Assembly: GCA_010093605.1 (NCBI GenBank)
Contig: MU004197.1
Coordinates: forward strand, 868,001 to 932,000
Reading direction: 5' to 3'
From: Lophium mytilinum
Lineage: Eukaryota
DNA: 64,000 bases
The notes under the pieces were generated by a model. The model had not been told where the DNA came from and made no database searches. It was given only the letters and a program-made list of their open reading frames with translations. The position numbers and the translations under genes were made by a program. Each line of letters begins with the position of its first letter. Within the stretch, counting starts at the first letter, position 1. Of the stretch, positions 23,500 to 35,851 are shown piece by piece.

Positions 23500-24775
23500 T
23501 AACCCAAAAGGAAACGGATGAAAAATATACACGACATTTTTGATACACCGAAAGAGGGGCGCGATTCCATCGACTAGATCAGAACTGTACTAGAGATTGG
23601 CACACGAAAGGAAGCCACCGCGACTGTGTAAGATCATGGGACGAAAGAGATATCTAACGACGCGCATGAGGATGTGTACAGCATGGAAGCGCTCCGAGGC
23701 CACCATCCAGAGCAGCGCAAAGACAGTTGTGAAGGAAGTAGAGGAGTACGCCGGACAGAGCTAGAAACGGAACGATTGAGGAATAAGTACCATATCCATC
23801 AATACGAAGCATGAGTCTTTATCAAATGTCGAGGAATGGGAAGTATAGAGCACGTGAAGTGCACGTGGAGGTTCCCTTGTGTGCGCCGCTAATCTTCGAG
23901 GACTATAGCATGCAAATCGCTCCACGTTTCTCGTTATTAAAAAAGACCGCTAGGGCACCTCCTACCCATCGGAACCCACTGTATTACTAAAAGTCACGGA
24001 ATTGACCGTATCGGAATGGTTTTAGAAGACGCGGAGTGCAGGTATTGTAATGCTTTCTTATCCCACAACTACAGATTCCAAATCAGCCCATCATTAAGAG
24101 GATTACGAGAAGGTGCTAGAGAACCTCTGCGCCCATTCAGGAGTAACCAGTTGTCAAGAGTCACAGATCTAATAGCGTGGATGAAATTTTGGGGACGCGG
24201 AGTGCACGTACTGCAGTGCCTTCTTACCTTCGAACTACAGCGTCTAAATCAGCCTAGCGTCAAGAGGTTCGTAAAAACGCGCTCATGAGCCTCCGCATCC
24301 ATTCAGGTGTGATCAGTTACAAAGATTCACATGATTTCGGCACACGGACAAATTACTGCTCCGGCTCTACTCTTGCTCTATCGACACCACTGTAAATTGC
24401 CCCAGGCAATAAGTGATAGCTTCAACAAAATATAGCCCAAGCCCCATTACTTTGGACTTTACGTCGTATTAGGAATAAAAAGGTCTATTCAGATATTCCA
24501 ACAAGTTGCAAGGAGCGCCCAAACTTATGGCTTGGTACTGGAAGCAGCATTACGAGGCGAGAAGATACGAGAATGGTTGCGATTCTTCATTGCTGAGTTT
24601 TATCTAGTCTAGATTCTCTACATATTTGTTTGCGTCTCTGCTCTACATAAGGGCCCTCCTACCTTTTCGCAAGAAACCAAGATCACTTTACACCAACAGG
24701 ACAATTTCGCAGTACTTTGCCGTCTACCACATTCTCCTCGCTTGGCTCAAAATCTCGATTGAACCAAGAATACGC

Positions 24776-26088
24776 ATGCCTCCCTTCTCGTAAGTCATCA
24801 CTCTCGCACACTAACCTTCGACGATGCTCACTATACTAGCGAGATAGACCAAAACAAGGTCGTAGTTCACGTCGGTTTACTGAAAGCCTCCTTCTACGTA
24901 CACAGCGAGATATTACGCGAGTCTGCTCCGTTCTTCGAACAAGCTGTCAGAGCCAAAAAAGCCATCTCCCTCGAGCGTGTTAATCCTACTACTTTCAGGA
25001 TGTTCCTTCTATGGCTTTACATGCAAACTGATGCGCCGCAAGACCAGTACGTTGATCCATGGATGATGGAATCCATCAAGCCACTGCCGGATGCTACAAA
25101 CTTTCCAGCTCCTTCTGAGATGAAGAGAATCTACAAGACCGACATATTCTTGCAAAGACAGTTCTCATTCGTTATGCTCGCATTTCTGGACTTACTCATC
25201 TTCGCCGAACAATTCTCGATCCCTCCGCTTAGCCGAGATGTCATGACTGCCCTCTTAAGACATTGTGCCAGATGGGATGTACTCCCAGATCTAAGCCACA
25301 GGACACTGATCACTCGAGCTTGCGAAGTTTTGGGATCGGATTCCAGGTTCGGAGATTTCCTTTCCACGAGCTGCGCGCTGAGCATGGTACTGAAGTTCGG
25401 CCCAAATGAGGAACACCTTATTCCGCCTGAATTTCCGCAGAGTTTCATCCGAGAGTTGTACCGAAAGTACTACCAGTACTCGCGTGGAGGTCACCGAACT
25501 CTCTCGCCGATTCTGGATTTTCCATTGGCCAACAGGTGTTTCGGTCATAATCATGACGACACGGAGAAGCCTGCTTGCGAAGAGCGCATCACGCGTGAGA
25601 GATTGCTATTCGAGAATCTGATTGAGTCTAGCAAGTATTGGTACCCGCGCGGCAGAGAGCGTTGGGCGCCTAGTTGGACACTTGTGTACCCATATGCTCC
25701 ACATTCGCAAACCTCAGATGTCCGAGGCCTCAAACGAGAGACTGAGGTAATAGATGGTGACCAGGGATTGTCAAGCGGCCAGTGCCAGTCTACTCCCAAT
25801 CAACGTTCGAGCTCTCCAGATGGACCACTCTCGCAAGAGTGGAAATTGGCCTCAGATCTTCTCACCAAGTCAGAAATCGATATCAAATCGGAGATCAACG
25901 ACAATGACCATCTGTACGATTTAGAGACGCGGCGGGGGCCGGACCCACAAGCTGCACTTGCAGCGCAAACATTCGAGGAGCGCCCATCTCCCTTGATCTC
26001 GCTAGCGAAGAAAGACAAGGAGAGGAAGGCAGAGATGGAAGCGAAGCAGAGCTGTGAGGCAGCGCGAGAGAAGGTGGCGAAAGAGTAA
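24776..26088 (+). CDS. BTB/POZ-domain protein (14-nt first exon plus long second exon)
   Basis: ATGCCTCCCTTCTC|GTAAGT...CTAG splices into EIDQNKVVVHVGLLKASFYVHSEILRESAPFFEQAV...ISLERVNPTTFRMFLLWLY, a fungal BTB pattern continuous with ORF 25000-26088. Confidence 0.8.
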
Positions 26089-26938
26089 GCGAAGAAAGAC
26101 CAACTTGTTTCCTAGGCGAGGTTTGCGACGTTACAGCTAGGGGGGGACCACGCCCACAGGTGAAATCCGCATCAGCTCAAATGCCACAGACGAAGACCTT
26201 GTGCCCGAACGGTCTGGGGCTAATCAGCTTCCACAATAGCTGCAGACTTCTCAATGTTCAATGAAATCTCTTTTTTATCAGTGGAATGCTTTTGATTAAC
26301 AGGAATATCAAATGCCTTGCCATTACGTGAACGATCCGTTTGGAGACGTGTATGATGCTCAAGAACAGCAGTTTGACCTCCCTTTCTTCATTCCCCTTCC
26401 TAATCATTTATGGGAATAATTAAGGCTTGGCAAGCTGACTATCCATTTTTAAGATACATGTTTAGGCCTAACCAATTCTGCCAAGGGCTATCGCCGCGCG
26501 GTGGGGCTAGCTGTATCAATATTCCTGACAACTGCTACATTGAAGTGCCACTCTGGAACTATGTTCCAGATGTCATATGTTCAATGTGAGTAGAAACCTT
26601 TTCCTTTCTGGCATACTTGAGGAATACAAGGCTGACTGTTGGGCAGTCCATCAGCGCCGGATGAGTGATTCGCAGGTCTGAAGGCTGAGTGGAGAGACAC
26701 CGTCGTCTTCGAGCGATACTGTACGTATCATTGTCTTCACGGAGGATTACCACTATACTCACGACTGCATGTCATTTGGTTATACCCGACGTATTAGAGT
26801 ACTAAGCCCGAGTGATTCAAAAGTACTAATGGACATCAAGAGTCTTTCCAAATCAAATGCTGATCCTACGGTGGCTCCAACTTGAAGCAGATATAGTTCA
26901 CAAACCTCATGGCCGGCCTAGAGTAAGATCTAGGCCCG

Positions 26939-28915
26939 CTAGAGAACAGGAGCGAAAGGGTTCCAGTCCCTCTCCTCGAAGGGGAATTCTTCGAAGTCGC
27001 TGTCATCCGTATCGCCGTCCGGTCCGTACCCGTACCAGTTTCGCACCCTTCCCTTACCGCCTCCTTCGCCTGCACTCTCATCTACCTTTGTCTTTCTCGG
27101 TGGATGGATCACAAACAACATCCCTTCACTCCCTTCAATCCCCGCGCCGAGCAACTGCCATTTACCTCCTCCGAACTCCCCCATCTCTTCTAACGCCACC
27201 AGCACATCCTCTCTCCCGGCTTTAATGACCCAGATGCCACCTCGAGGTCCGCCTGAGAAGTGAGTGAAAGTCCCGTTCTCAGATGCTATCCTTACTACCT
27301 CATCCGCCGAGTAGTGACATAGTTTATGCTTCTTCCTTTTCTCGGCGGCACGCTTATGGACCTCTTGGTCTAGTGCAACGGCGGCGGGGTTCGTGTTTCC
27401 GAGCGTTAGACTCAAGACGTGTGTTGCAAAGCCGTCTTCGCTAAAGAGGGTGATGGGGACTTGGGTTGCTGTGCCAACTTTCGGAATACGTAAGTCATCG
27501 TCCGGGTCCGAGACTGGAGGTGGCCGGCCGTGGAAACCTCTAGGAGGATTCGGATTGTTCGGATCCGGTCGGTATATGTGTGGGTGCTCGTCGAGAGCAT
27601 CTCCAAACTCATCTTCAAACTCGTCGTAGAATTGGTCCATAAGAATTTGGATTTGTCCCTCGGCCTCGTCTACTTCTACTCCGTGATTCCACTCTAAAGC
27701 TCTACGTGCAACCTCCGCTCTGAAATCGGGGTCTACTCTCTGGCGCTCTTCTGGTCTGAGCGCTCTCTCTGCTTCGAAATCGCCTCGGTCCACTGGGTCT
27801 GGTAGTGAATTTCGTCGCGGTTGATATCTGCGGCGTGGATCACCCTCTGGATTCGCGATTCTCTGGTTTGCTATCCGCTGACGCTTAGCCGGGTCATCGA
27901 TATCCTCTTGCTGGTTCCGGGCCCTTCTAAACTGGAAAACCTGTGGCGCAATGCTCGCAGCCTGATCTACGTTGGTTGGGCGCTCCTGGTTCCGCGTGTT
28001 CTGAGCTCTGGCTTGGATGCCGCGACCCCTATACGGCCTCGCGCCGTCGGGGCGGGCATTGGCTCGGACTGGCCATCGCCTATTCGCTTGATCTTCTCTT
28101 GGTGTTTCTACATGATCCGGCAGTATCTTCGGGCCTGGAGGTGCCAGCAAGGGTCGAACCACTTGCGGGTTTCTGTCCATGCCTTCACCAACAAGACCCG
28201 CAGGTGCCCCACGAAGCCTCTCAACGTTGTTCCCGACGCCAAATCCACCTCGGTTCTGGGCTGGACGTCGCCAATTCACCAGAAGCTCCGGTCGAACGGC
28301 GCGACCAGCATAAGGCGTGTATGCGTTTTGTCTAGCTTGTGCTCCGGGGTTGTGACGTGGTGCAGGTGGCAGTGGCCTATAGACTTCGGGTTCACTTTGG
28401 GCAGCGCGATCCGCATACGCCCCCTCGACGTTATGTCTAACTTCGCCTCCGAAGCCGTGATTATGTAGCGGCCACCCTAGGGTCGGAGTGTGTGGAGGTG
28501 TTGGTTCGCGTCCGTCCATCTCGTAGTGCGGCCGGTGGTATATAGCTTGACGTTGCTGTGGTGGGCGTGGCTGCAAGCCAGGGATGCCTTGTCTTCCATG
28601 TTTTGCTTCGTATTCCAGTATCTGAGCTAGGAAATCCGGTGAATCATCCTCATCTATTTCTTCTTGAGCGCGCGGCTCTTTGTTCGCGACGTCGTTGTAT
28701 GATTCCCTCGTTGGCCATACAGGTGGTTGAATGCGCCTCTCTTCTCGTCGCTGTTGTTGTTCTATCTGTGGAGCTAGTAGACTACGAATCTCTGCCCTCC
28801 TATGTCTTGCTTCTTGTGCCTGTGTCTGAGCCAGGAAGCCGGGTGGATCTCGCCCTCCCCTCCCTCTCTTGGGAGTCCGGCGGAATGCATTCGTGCCGTT
28901 GTTTTCGAGCTCCAT
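26939..28915 (-). CDS. Hypothetical 658-aa protein: Arg/Pro/Gln-rich disordered region plus small C-terminal globular domain
   Basis: Long uninterrupted ORF with an ATG start; no family recognised. Confidence 0.7.
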   Translation of the reverse strand: MELENNGTNAFRRTPKRGRGGRDPPGFLAQTQAQEARHRRAEIRSLLAPQIEQQQRREERRIQPPVWPTRESYNDVANKEPRAQEEIDEDDSPDFLAQILEYEAKHGRQGIPGLQPRPPQQRQAIYHRPHYEMDGREPTPPHTPTLGWPLHNHGFGGEVRHNVEGAYADRAAQSEPEVYRPLPPAPRHNPGAQARQNAYTPYAGRAVRPELLVNWRRPAQNRGGFGVGNNVERLRGAPAGLVGEGMDRNPQVVRPLLAPPGPKILPDHVETPREDQANRRWPVRANARPDGARPYRGRGIQARAQNTRNQERPTNVDQAASIAPQVFQFRRARNQQEDIDDPAKRQRIANQRIANPEGDPRRRYQPRRNSLPDPVDRGDFEAERALRPEERQRVDPDFRAEVARRALEWNHGVEVDEAEGQIQILMDQFYDEFEDEFGDALDEHPHIYRPDPNNPNPPRGFHGRPPPVSDPDDDLRIPKVGTATQVPITLFSEDGFATHVLSLTLGNTNPAAVALDQEVHKRAAEKRKKHKLCHYSADEVVRIASENGTFTHFSGGPRGGIWVIKAGREDVLVALEEMGEFGGGKWQLLGAGIEGSEGMLFVIHPPRKTKVDESAGEGGGKGRVRNWYGYGPDGDTDDSDFEEFPFEERDWNPFAPVL

Positions 28916-29688
28916 AGTCGCTGGTGTGTGTTTGTGTGGTAGCTTGTCTGCAAAGAAGCCGCGTCGGGTTGCTTGAGTAGGATCGTGTAGACCCGCTCCG
29001 TCGTGCGCCTTTGTTGTGATGATTCGCGATTAATGGAAGAGACAGTGGTTGGTGGGAGCGTGAGGAACAGCCAAAACACCAACCGTGGGAATCCGAAGCT
29101 ACCTAGGTAGATGACGCAAAAACTAGAAGTGAATTAGTTAGCATAATGGGTAATAATGTGAAATCCTCGGAAACGGTCATGGGACGCACGCTGGGCATGA
29201 AAAAAGTGGCACACTTAACCAGTATCAAGCCTTTATACACCTGTTTGCCGCTGTGTGTTGTGCTTCAATGAAGACCAACGACACAGATGGCTTCGTTGAT
29301 CGATGAATACTTTGAATGAAGAGCGAAGCAGAAAAGAAATGTCTCAGTGAGACTTGAACCAGGTCCAAACGATAGGCATGCCTGTTTCCCGACTCATGGT
29401 CTGCAGCTTTGCTAACTTACCTCTTGACGCCATGACATCCGGGGACACTAAGAGAAGCTTTATTGAACTTACCTCAGATTCTTCGAAAGCTAAAGAAGCG
29501 CCAAAAGCAGCGGCAGAAAGTTGTACACACAAGCAGGCAATATCACGAAGGTTATTTCGAGGTAATTGTCACGTGACGTTATATGAGATCGTTACTGGCT
29601 CGAGGCTAACAGCCAGACATTATGAGAACACTCCCTTAAAGTAAACGTCGTAGCCATCGTATACGCCATGGTATAATCCTACGTCTGA

Positions 29689-30244
29689 TTACTCAACCCT
29701 CTTCACCTTGCCGGTTTCAACCTCATAGATCCATCCGCTGAAATTGATACCGCTCTCGACATTCTTGCTCTTGATCCACTCCAAATCCTTCTTCACCTCC
29801 GTCTCCAGATCCGGGAAAGTCAAGAAGTCCAGGTCCTCAACCTCCTTCGCCGCCGCATCCCCCTTGCTCTTTGCGACAGCCCCTTTTGCAACCTCATTAT
29901 CAAAGGTCAACATCCCACACCCGGTATGCTTTACGATCAGCACATCGGTCGTGCCAAGGAGCTGCTGCGATATGACGAGAGAGCGGAAGGCATCGCGGAC
30001 AGATGCGCCAGCATTACGGATGATATGGGCAGCGCCGAGAGGTATTCCGAAAGCGCTCTTGGGGTCTATGCGAGCATCCATGCAAGTGACTGTTGGACGT
30101 TAGGATAAGCTCGCAGACTAGGCAAGATAGCGACTCACCAACTGCATACTTCTGGGACGGAGGGAGGGCAAGGTGACCCTCGGTAAAGGTCGAAGCATAA
30201 GCTTTGTTGCCCTCGATAAGGTTCTGCTCGGCTGGGGTAGACAT
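29689..30244 (-). CDS. Beta-class carbonic anhydrase (short, clade D-like); 2 exons
   Basis: MSTPAEQNLIEGNKAYASTF...KYAV|VTCMDARIDP...HIIRNAG...KHTGCGM...GWIYEVETG; Zn-binding CxDxR and HxxC are intact. Confidence 0.93.
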
Positions 30245-30766
30245 GATGACGGATCTGGGACTTGTATGGTACAGTGGGCTTGCGTTACTGAGCTGCTGGG
30301 ATCTGCTAGCAATTAGATTAGCAGCGGGGAAAGTGGCCTGATTTATTGTTCTCAGATCTGAGACGGTTCTCCGCTCCAGTGGCAGCGTTCATTGTGACAG
30401 CGCGGGATGTTATTGCGCCATCGATGACATTTCCTAGATCGACAATCTCTCGAACGCATCTAGTGGAGTGGCAGCTCTGAGAACCTCTGCTACGCCGGAT
30501 CTGTTAATAAACTATAAGCCATCAAAAGAGGGGTTGCTGTGATTAGCTGGCACACTGGTGATGGGAACGTCGACGGGATGTGGTGATGCCGAGCGCTGCG
30601 GAGGAGATGCGCTATGCACGCCTAGAATGCATACTAGTACCGAAGCGGACAGCTTCATTTTCTTGGCTTGCAATTGGGCAGAAACCCGCATGATACTGCC
30701 TGGAAATGGGGAGCGTTTCTTGATTTTGATGTGTTCGAGAATGGAAGTATGTTTAATTGGTCCACT

Positions 30767-32661
30767 CTATGGAAATTTGGCAAACGGTAGTCCAATCTTC
30801 TCCTTGATGTGCTCCAAGATTGCAAGCACCTTCTCATCTTCATATCTCCTACCCACTAGTTGCAGAGAGACTGGAAGCCCGTCAAATATAGCCGGATCAT
30901 CTAATAAATTAGCAAGTGAGTCCTTCTGATGGTGCCACGCCACATACAAAGATCCCAGTTATCTTTATCTACTCCCTTTTTTGGCTTGTAAGCTCTATCC
31001 TTCACATCGACGCTTGCATCCACCTTGCTCACGGGGAATACCACGGCAGGATAGTTGAGCAAGTTCCACTGGCTGGTGTAGCACCAATACTTAGCAGTTC
31101 CGTGTTCTGGTGCCACTCCGGGGCCTACTGGGCAGAGGATAATATCAACCATGCCTTCGAGGTCTCCAGAATGGGGATTACGCCCAGTAGCAGTTGCGGT
31201 CCAGACATTGGCATACTCTTTTCGATAAGCCTCCCGCTCCTCAAGCCAGTAATTGAGCTCTCCTCTGGTAAGTTCCTTCACGCATGGATTTTCTTTGATG
31301 ATCCAATTGGTCAAAGGACGCCAGGGCTCGCCAGATGAGTCGATAGCTTCGGCATCTTCTTCGCCCCCATCTGGATAGTACAAGTTGGATATGATAGCCC
31401 AGGCTTCGTCGTGTACATGAGGCTTCCAATCGACGACAGTAACGTTCGGGAGGGACCGCAGCTTCTCCACGACAAGGCTGAGGGCTCGGGTAACGGGTGG
31501 GTGGGGCTTCACCACCCCATCGTGCCACATAACTGCAATCTTGAGCGGTTGACTATCTGTAATGACACGACCAGAATCCCAAGGTATGGGTACGATCGCC
31601 GGTTCGGTAAGCCACGGTTTTGCGTCAAGCACAGCTTTCATGAAGAGCTTGATTCCGGAAAGACTAGTCGACAGAGGCCCAAGAACGCTGTCGATAGTAT
31701 CGGCTCCGGCCATAGCGTACCCCCAGCCATCTGTGGGTATACGAAAGGCAGTTGGCTTGAACCCATATATGCCGTTGTTAGCGGCCGGATTTCGGATGCT
31801 TCCTGGTTCCTGTTAGTCAAATAGACCTAGATCTGTGGTAACGATGAGATACCTCCAACATCCGATCCGATTCCTAGACAGCTACCTCTGAGAGCAATAA
31901 GAGCACCTTCGCCGCCAGACGAGCCGCCAGAAGTGACGTCACGGTTATAGGGGTTTACGGTAACTCCATAAAGGTTGCTGTCAGTTTCGAGATGCATCAT
32001 GCTCTCTTTAACAGATTAGCAGAACTCGGAGCAACAGTCGACCAATAAGAACGTACGTGGCTCCGTCGTTCGCGCATGGAAGACGGCACCGGCATTCCAG
32101 AGAATTTCAAGCACATGGGCATCCTCTTTGCCTATTTTGTACCACCATGATACATAGCCGCAATGAACACGCAGCCCATCCATACCAATATGCTCCTTCA
32201 CACTGATTGGTAATCCATGGAGAGGTCCTATTGGTCTCTTGTATTGGGTATAGTGATCATCTAAGAATCTAGCCCGTGCCAACGCACGCTCTGGGAGCAA
32301 CTCCGTTACACAATTTGCCTGGTCATTTTAGCATCTCTAAAGATGGAAGGATGTCGTCAACAAGTACTAGCTTCTGTGCGAGCGCTGCCCGTCTGAGAAA
32401 AGCTTCAGTCACAGTTACAGAGGTTAATTGTCCCGACGCCAACAGGGAGACTAGTTCTTCTGGGAGAAGCTCTGTGATCTGAAGGCTTTCATCGGCTAGA
32501 AGAGATCCAGGGACGGTCATAACGCTTTTCGGCATGTTGCCCTCAAGAGGTTCCGGAAGTCTCGTGTCATAGTCCTTCATACTAGCATCTCTGTACTCCT
32601 GAGCCTCTTGGGCGACCTCTTGCCAAGGTCTCTTAGGCCGCGACTTCGGTGATGGTGGCAT
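30767..32661 (-). CDS. Amidase-signature family enzyme (acetamidase-like); 5 exons
   Basis: GPLHGLPISVKE, GGSSGGEGALIALRGSCLGIGSDVG|GSIRNPA, YTSQWNLLNYPA and GLPVSLQLVGRRYEDEK, joined by four canonical introns. Confidence 0.94.
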
Positions 32662-33024
32662 CGTCGACGAAAAAGGCTAGCTTGGATAGCTAGGAGTAAT
32701 TCAAGATTGGAGCAGCTTGAAGGAGATCTGACAATAAAGCAGAACAGCGATGACCCTAAAGAGAAGATACTTCGGGGTATATAGAGGAGAAGCAGGGACA
32801 ACGTGTGAAAGTCGCACACACCGTCACCGAACACGGGTCTTACCTATTCCACGGTCTAGAGAGGGCGAGGACGTCAAAATAAAGTTTTGTGAATAATTCA
32901 TGATGGTGGATCACGAAGGTGCTAAATTGGCGCGGAGGTCAGTCGAAGCACGTGCGTTTCAGCCTAAAAGGGCAGGGGTCCCGGCCAAACTGCGGGTCTT
33001 CTCCCATGTCTTAGTTTTTTCTTG

Positions 33025-35445
33025 ATGATGTCGCGTTTCCCCTTGTCACCACGAGTTGCTTTCAGTGTGCTTTGTTCTCTTTTCCAAACAAGTGATTTGA
33101 CTGTGAATGTCGGCTTCCTGTACAGTAACGAAACGTCTTGCTAAGATAGTTGAATCAAAACGATACTTCTCCTTGACTGTTCCTAGCTGTCTGTCTTCTC
33201 CTAGCACATCTCACAGGCTCCAAACCTGCGCACAACGAGACCTCACGCGTCCACTCTCACTGCTAGGGCCTCGTCGCCGCCTCCTCTCCCGCTCGTACAC
33301 CACTACCTCAACACACCTCGCCCAGGCGCTTCAGCACCAATCTACCGATCCTCCTCAAAACACCCACACAGAAACCGAAGACACTATGTCGGAAGCTGTA
33401 TATAGCACGGAGACTCTGAAGGAAGCGCATGCGCAGCCTTATCGGAGCTTGGAGGGCAAGGTCAACCCATCTTTCTTGAAAGCTCTGGACAAAATGGGCT
33501 ACGAGTAAGAAATCCCTGGCCAAGATCTTTATCGCGTGGTGAACTTGCACAGTAGAATGATTGAGGCTTTATCATCTCAGTTGCGCGGGGGTACAAATCT
33601 TTTTGGAGGCAGAGACTATCAGTTCTGATAAAACATTGCTTCTGCGAATCCTTCACATACCTTGGACGGAATGTGGAGATTTCACAGTTCTCCATGCGCG
33701 CAAACCACCACCAACCAATCTAATGAAACGTTCGCTAATGTGCCTTCTGCAGATACATGACTCCCGTTCAACACAAAGTCCTAACTACCCTACCCTCATA
33801 CTCGAGCGACTGCCTAGTGCAAGCAAAGACTGGTACAGGAAAGACCATTGCCTTTCTTCTGCCAGCCCTCCATGCCCTTCTCGAAGCAAAGACTGTTCCA
33901 AAGGGACAGGTAGGAATTCTGATCATCTCACCGACTCGTGAACTTGCCCTTCAGATTGCCAAAGAATGTAACGAGATCACTGCCTGCCTTTCCACGCCTA
34001 TTCAATGTCATACTGCCTTCGGTGGAACTGCCCGAGCGAGCAACCTCAAGAAGTTTCTGAACGGCAACCCCACGGTACTTGTCGCAACTCCAGGACGTCT
34101 CAACGACTATCTTGGAGAGGAGGAAGTAAGACGGAAGTTCGGGCACATTCGCACGGTCATCTTAGATGAAGCCGACACTATGTTAGAGGCTGGCTTCCTT
34201 CAGGACATCAAGAAGGTTCTCAGGCAGCTACCGCCGAAGAAGAACGGATGGCAGGGTATGTGCTTCTCTGCCACTGTTCCCGACAAGGTCAAGGACGTTA
34301 TCAGCGTGGTGCTCAATCCTGGCTACACGCACCTTACGACTATAGACAAGAGCGAGGCACCGACGGTAGACAGAGTACCGCAGTTCTCTATCATCGTCCC
34401 AGCAGCGAAGGACGTATTCAATGCACTTTATGCATTGGTAAAACTTGAGTAAGTGTTCTTCACCCCTATGCCATTGATGTGCTAATTCTCTTTTAGACAT
34501 GCTCAAAATCCAAAAGATTTCAAGACAATCATATTCGGCACAACCGCAAATGGCGTGGCTCTTCTGGCAGCTATGTTTGAAGCAGCAATGCCAGAGCTGA
34601 AAATCTACCAGCTGCACTCTCGCCTCTCTCAGAACGTTCGAACCAAGACTACCAACGACTTCAAGGCCGCCTCTGCAGGCCTCATGTTCGCGTCCGATGT
34701 CATTGGCCGCGGCATGGATTTCCCCAACGTCGGTCTAGTTATTCAGCTAGGGCTGCCGGCGTCCGGCGAGCAATACGTCCATCGTGTTGGCCGAACAGCG
34801 CGTGCTGGAAACGAAGGCCGCGCAATCATCATCCTCACCCAGAATGAGTCCTACTTCACCAACACGAACAGACAACTTCCAATCAAACCATACACAACCG
34901 ACCTCACTTCTAGCATGGCATCTGCGGCTCCGATTGTTGAGAGAGCCTTCGTTTCCGTCGACGAGTCTGTCAAGGGCAAGGCGTACCAGGCTTGGCTCGG
35001 TTTCCACAAAACCCTCATGAAGAACCTGCGCCTAGATGTTGGAGGTCTGGTTCAGACAGCAAACGACTACGCCAAAGCCATGGGCTGCCCGGAACCGCCT
35101 ATGGTGGACAGGAAAGTCGTTGGCAAGATGGGACTGAAAGGCGCTCGTGGCTTAAATGTAGGCACCGTTACCCGGGATGCGCCGCCCGGTGGTGGCCAAA
35201 GAGGTGGACGGCCTGCTGCGAATGGCAGAGGTGGCGCTGGGGCTGGAGGCGGTGCTGGAAGGGCTACCAGAGGAGCAGAGACGGATTCCCGTCCCTCGTT
35301 CGGCTCTAGCGAAGGAGCTAATGGCAATAACGGCCGTGGGCGTGGAGGTGCACGAGGAGGTGCGCGAGGAGCTCCTAAGAGACGCGGTGGTGCTGGTGGT
35401 GTTGATCTCGATGGTCGCGTCTCCAAGAGACCAAGTGCGTTTTAG
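33025..35445 (+). CDS. DEAD-box RNA helicase, Mss116/CYT-19-like, with RGG-rich tail; start uncertain (33025/33028 via an intron at about 33065-33150, or 33107, or 33386)
   Basis: Q motif GYE|YMTPVQ, AKTGTGKT, SPTRELA, ATPGRL, DEAD, SAT, RGMDF and HRVGRTAR; AYQAWLGF C-terminal extension; introns 33505-33752 and about 34449-34496. Confidence 0.92.
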
Positions 35446-35851
35446 TGAGATGGTGTTGCCTTTCCTTAAAAGTCTTCATCCTTGTTTAAGGGTTTGGAAG
35501 TGGGCCTTATGCAAATCTGGCGATATGACTCCTCGTGGTAAGTGGACGTGGCGTTCAGGACTTGTATTATACCAATAGACATAGATCGGAATACGAGGGT
35601 TTGGAATCGTCGAATGGTACTATGATACGCCAGTAGGCTAAGTCAGGCCGGCAAGGCTGGCAAGGCATATTTATGCTTAACTTACTTCGGATCATCGTCT
35701 TGAATATCCAGAGATCAGTCCGGCGCCCTGGCGCCGGTGATAGGCTATCGTCTTTCTCTGCAGTGCAAGGCTGATTGTGGCGAGGTGCAGGAGCGCCAAT
35801 GCAGGTAATTCTCAGCCTCGTGAGGAGCTTCCAGGTTGCAACACGCTGACA

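Noticed and set aside
23851..23867. Paired CACGTG E-boxes (also TGACGTCA near 39470)
   Set aside because: Short common motifs about 900 bp from the nearest start; function cannot be supported from sequence alone.
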